DNA of 39,007 nucleotides from Basidiobolus ranarum (Eukaryota): NCBI GenBank assembly GCA_040143965.1, contig JASJQH010006920.1, positions 1 to 39,007 of the forward strand, read 5' to 3'. Shown piece by piece: positions 1 to 10,073 of this stretch (position 1 is its first letter; each line of letters starts with the position of its first letter). The notes under the pieces were generated by a model. It saw only the letters and a program-made list of their open reading frames with translations, ran no database searches and was not told where the DNA came from. The position numbers and the translations under genes were made by a program.

Positions 1-3000
1 AAAAATCCAACCTTTTGTTCGAGTGGTAGTTCCGACCCCACCACCAAGGGATCCTCCCTGAAAGTCAACACCGGCGAAGTGGTTGCCATTGGTGGGGATG
101 TTGGTGCCGGAAGTAAGAAACATATTCATTAGTATTTGGTTGAAGAAAACATTCTGACCTCTTTGTTTATTTTTATATCAGAGTCATCTCTACTCTTAGC
201 CATCATGGTAATGTCTACTATGCCATTTTCCGTGTCAACAAATACATGAACTAACTCTTGCTTGTTTATAGGGCCAAGTAACAAGGACATCCGGAACGTT
301 GTCTATTTTTGGGTCCATTGCATATGTTCCTTTCGACTCTTGGCTCTTAAATGCCAGTTTACGAGACAACATCATCTTTGGCTCCCCATATGATCCTGAA
401 AGATACAAAAAAATCATTCGTGTATGTGCACTTTCTAAAGATCTTGATCAGCTCTCCAATGGAGATGAAACTGAAATCGGAGAGCATGGATTCAATCTTA
501 CATTGGCGCAAAGACACCGAGTAAGTCTTGCTCGTGCAGCGTACAGCTCTGCTGATATTGTTCTCTTGGATGATACACTTAGCTCCATGTCTGCTCAAAT
601 CGGAAAGCACATATTCAATGAGTGTATCCGAGGAATTATGCGTGAAAAAGCCGTGGTTTTTGTCACAAATCAACCTCAGTACCTGCCGGAATGCGATTAT
701 GTTGTCGTTATGAAATCCGGAGTGGGTTTCGTCCAAGGAACGTACGATGAGCTTCTTCAGAAAGATTTTGATGTCAGTGCCCTTATCGGGGAAAGCATTG
801 AAATTGAGGACCCTTTTACTGTAGATGATGTAAATGAGAACACCGTGAATGAGCAGCTACCTCCGAATGCCAAAGCCAAACAGCCTGAAGAAAACTCGGA
901 ATCCTCTATGCAAGCTAACCCCAGTGAGGGCAATAACCCCTCCGTTTCCTTTGTGGACCCTCGTAATAAGGGAACTAGCTTCGCCATCCCCCGGGTGAAA
1001 ACCGCAGGTGTTCAGGGCATATCTGGAAATAGTTCAGCTCAGCCTCTCACGATTAGTAACCCCGATGCCAATGAACTTACGATCCACAGACTTATTGAGT
1101 TGAACGCTAGAACCGCAACTAGAGCAGAAGCCACTAGTTCTGCTGATGAACAAACGGTTGTGAAAATCATCGAACGTAATCAAATGTCAGTAATTGGTGG
1201 TGGGGCTCCATTGATGACCCAAACATTGCCTAATCGTGAACTGAATAGCATGGCTAAAGCTATTGAGCAGAACCAACTCACTATTCATAGTTTACATCAT
1301 GGAGTATCCGGAAACATGTCCGAGATAGATGAGGACGAGCCAAAACCCCGAAGACTGTCCAGTCTTTTGAAATACAAATATTATTTCCAAGAGAGTCCAG
1401 GCACGATAATCAGTGTATTTGTAATAGTGTTCTTTTTCATTGTGCACGGAATTCGTATCTTCAGCGGTAGGAACATGAGTGTACTTTCGAGATACTCTAC
1501 CAACTCTCTACTAACATTTTTTATTCGAACAGATTACTGGCTTAAATTGGCCGTAGACAGTTTTGACCAAGATCTGCTAACATATTACTTGCCAGTATAT
1601 GCTGCGTTGGGGGTAGGTGGTTACATTCTATTCGCCTGGGACCGATAAACTTATTTGCTGTTTCTCTTTGTAGGCAGCCTTCTTGGTTGGCATCGCTTTA
1701 CGTGGTCACATATACATTTGGATAGTCTTAAAAAAGACGACATCGTTTCACACTCGGGTTTTGAATGTATGTATCATCCCCGCTACTTCCGCTTATTCTT
1801 TACATTCGTATTTACGCGTAATTATGTTTTGCAGTCCATTATGCAAGCTAGAATGTCTTACTTCGATTATACTCCACTATCGCGTATATTGAACGTCTTT
1901 GCCAGACATCAATATCTTATTGACGATTATCTCACGGAAGCTGGCTTGCAGGTAACCTATCTCATGACTTGGATATTTGATCTTTGTTGCTAGTTGAAAG
2001 CCAGGATCTACTTGAATACCACTGAAAATACTAACCAGGATGTACCTCTATTAGGCATTACAATTTCTACCATTAGTGGTGGGAACCCTACTGTTAGTCA
2101 TGATCATTGTTCCTTTCTCCATCATTGCCGTGGTCGTTCTTCTCGCGGTTGTTGGGTAATATCCATGTTAGTTATACACAATGCTTCCTAGACACTAACA
2201 AACAAGAATTATATAGGGTTTTAATTTGGCACTCTCGCGTTGCTGAAGAGAATCTCAAAATGCTCGAAGGTATCTAGAACTCATCTCATTAAACTAGACT
2301 CTATCTACTTTGTCACTGACATCCTTGAAAACTCAGCTTATAGCAAACCTCAACTCTTTGCACATCTGTCAGCTACACTCGAAGGACTGTCAAGTATTCG
2401 CGTGTACAAATTACAAACTCGCTTCGATAGTTTCAATCTACTCAAGATTGATGTCAGTAGCAAAGCGCTATATGCTAGATCCATTGGTGAGCTCATGGTT
2501 GTTGGGAATCGTTTATCATCTAAAGTACTAACATCTGATACGTATTCTCGGTTAAAGTCAAAGCCTGGCTATCTTTGTATATTGACTTCATCGCCTCGCT
2601 TTTCATATACATTGTCTCTTTGTTGATCCTTCTCGTACACAGAGATCGTGGGGCTATTGAGGAGAGCAAAGTCGGCTTGGTCTTAACCAACGCACTACAA
2701 TTGCTAGTATTCGGACAATGGACCGTCCAAGCGTTACGAGATGCTCATGGAGCCATGAGCAATGTGAAGCAATTGGTTGAATTTACGGAAGACATTCCTT
2801 CTGAGGTACAACCGAAATAGTTGATAAGTTCGATACATCGATTTCACCATTACTTACCTTCTTCTACAGGCTGCTTTGATGTATAATGATGTGAAGCCAC
2901 CTGAGAACTGGCCTACGGATGGCGAGGTAATTCAGATCTCTTGACCCTTGCTATTTAGATCACTCCGTACTAACTTCTGCTTGGCGTGCAACAGATCGAG

Positions 3001-4277
3001 TATCAAAACGTTGTGTTGAGATACAATCGCTATGGTGTAGCTGTTCTTAAAAACGTGTCTTTCAAAATCCATGCCAAAGAAAAGGTTGGGATTGTAGGAA
3101 GAACAGGATCAGGTACCAAATCAAACTATCTGTATGAACGCTCTATAACATATGTATTTACATGATTGACTCTGTAGGTAAATCCACTCTTCTTGTTAGT
3201 CTTTTACGCATCGTGGAAGCCGCCGAAGGAAAGATATTAGTCGACGGTTTAGATATCAGCTCCATTGGATTACACGATCTTCGTAATCAGATTGATGTCA
3301 TCCCTCAAGGTAAGTCAGCTTTGGCTTTGTGTTGATTAGTATGCATGTACTGATGCTATTGACCTCCAGAACCTGTACTGTTTATTGGCACTATTCGATC
3401 GAATTTAGATCCCTTTGATCGTTGCTCTGAGAACGAAATCTGGACAGCACTTGAAGCTGTTCATATGAGCGAGAAGATCAAGTCCATGCCATTGAAACTT
3501 GATGAAGTTGTTGTCGGTACGTATAGGTTGTCTAATATTCTGACATGGACGATGAGCTGATCAATCGATTAGAAAACGGAAGGAACTTTTCTTTAGGGCA
3601 ACGCCAGCTGTTGTGTATTGCTAGAGCCATTGTGACGAAATGTAAAATTTTGTTGCTTGATGGTAAGAACAGTGCTTGTGCAGTAAGAATCCATGAACCA
3701 TCTGTCTAATTTCTATACATTTGCAGAGGCAACCAGTGCCATTGATATGCAGACGGATCAACTTGTCCGGGAAACCATCAAGAGGAACTTTGTCAACTAC
3801 ACTGTTCTCACTATTGCCCATCGTCTGAACACCATCATTGAATCAGATCGTATTCTTGTCTTAGACGAAGGAAAGGTCGTAGAGTTTGATACCCCTATCA
3901 ATCTTTTGAACAACCCCGACGGGTTTTTCTACTCTCTGGTCAAGCAAAATGGCGACGAAGCACTCCAGAAGCTGAGAAATATGGCTACGGCTCGAACCTC
4001 TCATAACCCTCTGATTTACATCACTTCAGATACGTCGTCCAGTCGTGACCTCATCCCACCTTCCCTTGATGTCTTCAGCCAGCCCCTTCACCCTGTGCCC
4101 TCGGTCATATCAAGCAATGCATCGTACATTTCTTCACACAGTGGTCAAGAATCGATCCGAATTCCCACGAAATCCTCACAACAGAACCAAACATTAGAGA
4201 CGATGTTTTCATCGACATCTGAAGCACAACCTATGCTAGATCCCAGGCCTGAAGCCTCAGACTCCAGAAATACCTAA
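1..4277 (+). CDS. ABCC/MRP-type ABC transporter, 5'-truncated by window edge (NBD1-linker-TMD2-NBD2), multi-exon
   Basis: NBD1 Walker A GDVGAG|KSS spans an intron at ~113-181, followed by LLDD Walker B. TMD2 exons include [17 protein letters not shown] and [18 protein letters not shown]2 has [34 protein letters not shown] and TIAHRL. Stop TAA at 4275-4277. Confidence 0.93.
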
Positions 4278-4639
4278 TTATCACCATCATCATCGCACTC
4301 TGTACCATTTTCCAAATGTCTAATACTTTTTTGACCTAGTATTTACACTAATGATGTTATTGCAGGATAGCATAACCCCTGGGTATTCTCTCCTAATCAT
4401 ATAAATCAGCAGTATCTCCCAATTTTTTTTAGCAGAACCCCTCATCTTTGTCAGGCCACTTTTGATTTTGATTGATATCAATTACAATTTAACTCCATTT
4501 GTTCTTTTGTTCTAAATAAATAGAAGTAAATCCATTCGATATCATGGGATAATGATGATTTCTTTACTTTATTAGAAGTATGCCATTTAGTCCAACATAT
4601 CGAAAGAAAGGGAAACATTGGATACATTGAATCTTGGAT

Positions 4640-5418
4640 TTAAACAGTGTTACGATCGGTCAATACACGAACAATAGATCCAAGACCGGTAGTAGCAATG
4701 ACCTAAGACAACCAAGTTTTAATGAACTATATCACTTGAAAACCATTCATATAAATCAATCACTTACTTTCTCGTGCCAACTTAAGATTACACTACAATT
4801 GTAAAGTTCGGGTGAAGCCATACCGCGATAAAGATACTTCATCAGTACGTCTAATTCTTCAGGATTAAGAGATTTCACTACAGTTGGAATATCCGAAAGT
4901 TTGGTGGAACTGAGAACTTCCATAACAACTTGTGTAGCAATATCCTAAAGAGAGTTCATCTGTATATGAATCTTCGGGAATATATCAACGATGAATAATA
5001 CTTTGACTTACCTTGGACTCTTGAACATCTTGACCATATGGAGGATCTTCGAGTGCACGGCTTAAAGCTTGAGCGTGTTGACCTCTGTAGTAAGGTTTTG
5101 GTGAGTACGAATTGGAGATAATCAACTCACATAAAAATAAATTCCCAAAAATTCGAGATAAAAATGGTTCAATACCACTGAACTTCCCATACACATACAA
5201 CCACCCCCATCTCATCTTAGGAACTTCTAAGAGAAGATAATATATGTGCACATCTAAAGTGAAAAAGTAAAAAGTACTAACCTAGATAAAATTTGTCTAA
5301 CTTCGTGAACTTTGGAGTTCACTAAAGAAGAAATCTCTTCGTTGGTTCTGGTTTGAGTATTTTCTTCAAAATATTTTTCCTCATCAAGGGCATCAATATC
5401 AAGTTTTCTGAAAGACAT
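4640..5418 (-). CDS. ARPC5: Arp2/3 complex subunit 5 (p16-Arc/Arc15), 4 exons
   Basis: Hand-spliced: MSFRKLDIDALDEEKY...QILSR|GQHAQALSRALEDPPYGQDVQESK|DIATQVVMEVLSSTK...LDVLMKYLYRGMASPELYNCSVILSWHEK|VIATTGLGSIVRVLTDRNTV*. These are typical ARPC5 motifs and the introns are GT-AG. Confidence 0.95.
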
Positions 5419-5807
5419 TTTCTATTTACTAAAAGAGTCAGTATAGAGGGGAGAGAACGGTGATTATCGAAATTAATGTTTAGCCTCTTTACCGTGTTAA
5501 CGTCACTTTCGGTCCAAATTCTTAGTGATCCTAATATGATCCCTCAATTCGGATCCTATTCATTTATGTATGATCCAAGATAATTTGTTTATAATCAAGA
5601 AGCTTTCACTAAAGTTATATTCCTACAGTTATCGTAGGATGATAGTGAAGCAGATACATATCAAATAGATAGGTTTATTTTGAAGTCCACTTGAACATAA
5701 AAGAAAAATAATGCTTAGAGCTTCAATCTAATTGAAGTGTAGTAAATATTGAAATTTGTTGATGTAAAGTAAAGTATGCGTGGAAATTGAGAAAAGTTGG
5801 TCTACTT

Positions 5808-6386
5808 TTAAGCATATGGTAATAACTTTTCAAGAACTCTTCTTTGAGTGGTATTGGCAATGGCAGTTTGACGCAAGTGACGTCCACGCTTAGGTGACAT
5901 GGAAGTGTTTAAATGTCTTTTACCTACTTTTTGTCTCTTGAAAAGTCCGCTACCAGTTCTTCTCCAACTGAGGTGATAAAGGTTGGTCAGGTCAAGTCAG
6001 GAAACATATTATTCATTAATAAACTATTGTAAACCTACCGTTTTTGAGTTCCCTTATGAGTCTTTAACTTGTACTTGTGTAAAAAACGCACTGGTGCAGA
6101 GAATAGAAAAGATGTCATGGAAGGGGCAGAAGGTGCGGAAACGGCAGGAGAAACAGCGAAACGACTACTAGCTTGGACCATAGGACTAGTTGCCATCCTC
6201 ATGTGGGTGGAAACGACATTTCTAACTAAACATTCCATAAATATAAGTATTGTATACACAAGAAATTTTGGATATGATAAAATACTAGTAGGAAACGATC
6301 CAACTTCAAACTAGAAAATTGCTGGGATATATTAATATATGTGAAAACGAATTATTACCGGAAGAGAAGATGGTTGAGAAAGACAT
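5808..6386 (-). CDS. MRPL35: Mitochondrial ribosomal protein bL35m with N-terminal presequence, 3 exons
   Basis: Hand-spliced: MSFSTIFSS|VRNVVSTHMRMATSPMVQASSRF... (S/A/R-rich, no acidic residues, presequence-like), then KLKTHKGTQKR|WRRTGSGLFKRQKVGKRHLNTSMSPKRGRHLRQ...LEKLLPYA*, matching the bL35 pattern KxKTHKG..KR...G..KR...GKRH...LLPY. The symbol follows the human nomenclature. Confidence 0.9.
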
Positions 6387-6872
6387 CTGTTGAATTATGT
6401 GTCGACTGTCGTAATGGTAGTATAGAAAGCTCGTAATAATACCACCAGTTGGAAAGAAGGTTCAATAATTTTCACTTCTATTCAGTTAGGGTACGATGAT
6501 AAAAATTTCCAGTTTGATTCCTTTCCCCACATTCAAAATCCATAAAATTTTTTGAGGAGGATATTTCATATTCAAATATCTCGATTACTTCTGCTTAAAC
6601 AATTACTAATTTATGAGCATTTCTGGTAGATCATCAGCGCGACATGGCTTGAGATACACGATAGAAATATCGGGTGTAAAATTAGTTCAAATTATACTCG
6701 CTTTAGGATTTATTGCTTTAATGATGAATTCCCTTGGGTAAATAGTACATTATGAATGGAACAGAAAGACAAAAACAAATAACACGCTAACAGACTTTAA
6801 ATGAAGGTGGAGCAGCGTTTATATAGCGACTTTTAGAAAACAATGGAAGTGGATTAAAGGTGCATCATTCGT

Positions 6873-9134
6873 TTAGTTTTTTCCAGATTCTTCAGCGCCA
6901 ACCTCTTCAAATTCAGATTCAGTCATCTTTACAAATTCAATAGACTCACTAAGAGACTCATTACCTGATCCTTCCTTGAGGGTATCTGCGTATGAGATAG
7001 GGGCGGGTGCAGCTTCTTCAGGCTTGGATTCTTCAGAAACACCTTCTTTCACTGCGTCAGCGAAAGAAAGAGGTTCTGATGATTCTTGCTCCTTGTTATC
7101 AGTGGTTTCTTTGGCAGCTTCAGCATAGGAGATGGGTGTCTCGGTTTGCTCTGGAGCAGGTTCTTTCACGGCTTCGGCGTAACTGATGGGCTCTTGCTCT
7201 TCAGCAATTTCGGGGTAGGCTTCAGTCAATGATGGGAATTCGGCTTCCTCAACTACGGGTGCTTCGACAGATTGCTCTGATTTCTCAACAATTGGCTCTT
7301 CAGTTACGATGTCAGCATAGGCCTCTGTGACGGCAGGGAACTCGTTAGTGTCACTGACTACGGGCTTTTCTTGAACTTCTTGTTCTACTGGTTCTTCGGA
7401 TGTGGGCTTGGTTTCGGCATATAAAGCAGTTTCAATTTCCTTTTCGAGTACTTCAGTTTCGGAAAGTTTCTCGCTCTCTTCAACGGCGGGTTTCTCCTCT
7501 ACAGGGTCTACGCCATTCTTACATAAATCACACTCACACTTAAGACGGTATTTCTTTACAAGTTCCTCCTTTCTCTCGGCATGTTTACGTCCATCAACCT
7601 TGACATAAGTGATGAAAAGTTGGTCACCGGCCTTGAGAGGCTTAGCAGCAACCAAAGCAAGTTGACGATTACCCTTGGGGAAGGTGACACGGGCATTAGG
7701 TTCACAAGAATGGTTAATATAACTGGTGATCTTGAATAGACCAGCACCAACAACATCTTCCTGGCGATCAGTACGAGCAAAGCTCTCAGCATCGGCACTG
7801 GCACCACCGTCTTGGTTGGTGATTCCGACGGCATTGTACATCATCTTACCCTTGAGTAAGAGGAATCGCTCGTCGTTGAGGAATTCCTCCATACCGGGAA
7901 CCTTTGTACTGAGCAAATCACGCATAGCTTGAAGTTCTTGCTCTTCCTTCTCTGTTGGCACAATCTCGAGGTACTTCAATCTTTCAAGATGGTCCCAGGC
8001 ACTATATTCTTCTTCAACACCAGCGGCGAGCTTCTGGTTTTCCTCATATACCATGTGGGTCAAATATTTGGCGATCATAATAGGAACCTTGTTCTGCTCG
8101 GTAATCTTGAAGAATTCCTCAGCTTTAGTGTCAGGGTCAGAAGTGTTACCAGTGCACAAAGCTTGATGGTGATCAGTAAAAGCAGTCTTTTGACATTCCT
8201 CAGAGCAATAGGCCGCTTTGTCGCAGCTATCGCAAGTGATTTTTTTATCATCAAGTTTGACAAGGCAATTGCCACAGAATTTACTCTCAAGAGAGGGTTC
8301 TAAGACAACGACATCTGGTTCTTCAGTGTAGATGGTTTCGCCAACTGCGAAATCCTTGGTAACTGCTAATATTCTTTTAGCGATTTTCTTGCCCTCCTCG
8401 ACAGACTCAATAAGTTCCTTGAGCTCTACATTAGTGCTACTGGGAGGGAAAACCTCGTAGTATTTCTCTTGCTTTTGCTTGAGCTAAATCAAATATATTC
8501 GTTAGTTTGTTATAATAGGAGATAGTGAAGAAACTCAACCAATCATAACTAACCTCCAAACTCATCATTCCCATGACAAGGTTGAAAACTGGCTCAGGAA
8601 CGGTCTTTTGATAAATCATGACAAGCTCAATAGGGCTAGGGTAGACCTTCAATGCTTTGAAGAAACAAACGGCAGCTTCATCATAACCTTGCTCGCCTAT
8701 ATGTAGATACATTGTAAGTATTTGATTGAATTATGAAAAGAATTAGAAACAGAAACATACCCATAGCTGCTAATTGTTCACCCTTGCCAACTTGAGTCAT
8801 GAAGAATTGCTCTTTCTCTTCGGGGGTAATAGGAAGAGGTTCATCAGCAACGCTTTCCAAGCAGGCAGCAATTTTCTGGGCAGCTTGGCTAATCATATCA
8901 TCTTCAGCAGCCTTCTTAGCTTTATCGGCTCTCTTCTTGCTCTTCTCTATCAAATCGGACAATCATACTGTTGTTAGTTGTGAAAAGATTGAAAAGTATT
9001 TAATCCAGTAACATACTGAGTTGTTTACGGAATTTAGGATCGCTTCTGCGTTTTTGGTCAAAATAGACGGCATAACCAACACCAGTAGCAACAAGCAAAC
9101 CAGCGGCAACCCAGGCGGCAGTAGAACTCTTCAT
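6873..9134 (-). CDS. TOM20: Tom20 (MAS20 domain) fused to SET domain with MYND zinc finger (SMYD/Set5-like) and acidic repeat tail; 4 exons, 685 aa
   Basis: Exons 9134-9017, 8946-8761, 8696-8554 and 8483-6873 sum to 2058 nt in frame. Tom20 motifs: TM anchor + GYAVYFDQKRRSDPKFRKQL, KEQFFMTQVGKGEQL, AAVCFFKALKVYPSPIELVMIYQKTVPEPVF. SET/MYND motifs: KDFAVGETIYTEEP, CGNC..CDSC..YCSEEC..HHQALC, SYINHSCEPN, QLFITY, CECDLC. Confidence 0.9.
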
Positions 9135-10073
9135 ATTCTCAAATATATAAAATTAACACACAAGGGAGTTTCCGAGAGGAAGGGTATGGGGTAGATGTGA
9201 TGAGGGGTAAGTTCTAATATTAAACTTGACTTTAAAGAAAGCTAATTTTTCACTACTCCGGGGAGGGGTGATGACTTCAAATGAGAGGGGGTTGCTAAAT
9301 TTACCAAAATTATTGTAATTTTTGATATTAACTAAATCGATTGAGTTATCAAGAGGCTTAATCATCATCCTCAACTGCATCCTCATCATCGCTAAGATGA
9401 AAATTTTCTCCTTATTCACCCGTGGGACCTCAAGGGAATGATTTTGGTGGATTTCCAGTCCACAATCATGTGAATCTAAAATCCACAAAGAGCATTTATA
9501 GACAATATTGAAAGTCATGCAAGAATCCTTCATTTGGTTTGATTTGAATGGCTGAGTGATGCTAGTAAATCGGAATGTTTATTCTATGCAAGTGGCGGTA
9601 AAGCGGCTCAGTTCTATTGTTTGAAGCTTTACAAGCTAGGTACTTGGAGGATTGCTTAGTGCTATGTAGTCTAGCTGCGTGCTGTGTCCGTTTGAATTTT
9701 AGCTATTGCGGCCACGTCTATATGTTAATATTTACCTTGACTTCGGATAACCACTGCAATTTACACTGATTGGTTTATTGCCAAATAGTTGGAGTTACAA
9801 TATATGCCTAGTTATGAAATAATGCTACGATTTTCCGAGACTGCCAAATTTAGTGGAGCACGTTCTCTATATCCCCTGCACCGAATAGCTTTGTCTATTA
9901 GTAAAGAGCTTTTCAATTGTCGGATATCAGTCTTTATTTCTGTAAACTGAGAATAATCTACCAGTTCAAGTGTATCTCCTCACGAAAGAATACGTATTTA
10001 TATTAAAGGCTGCTCGAGTCTCATTTATTATTATATATAGTTACACTGTTTGCTTGAAAAGTAGCTAGGGGTT

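Noticed and set aside
5085-5281. Intronic snoRNA in the long ARPC5 intron 1
   Set aside because: No convincing C/D box pair or H/ACA hairpin architecture was visible by eye.
6873-8159. Stand-alone 428-aa SET protein as given in the ORF track
   Set aside because: The start is a TTG inside the MYND finger. The frame stays open upstream to the splice acceptor at 8484, which links it to Tom20.
9153-9533. 126-aa ORF upstream of TOM20
   Set aside because: It has no recognisable motifs and overlaps the presumed promoter/5' UTR. Likely a chance ORF.
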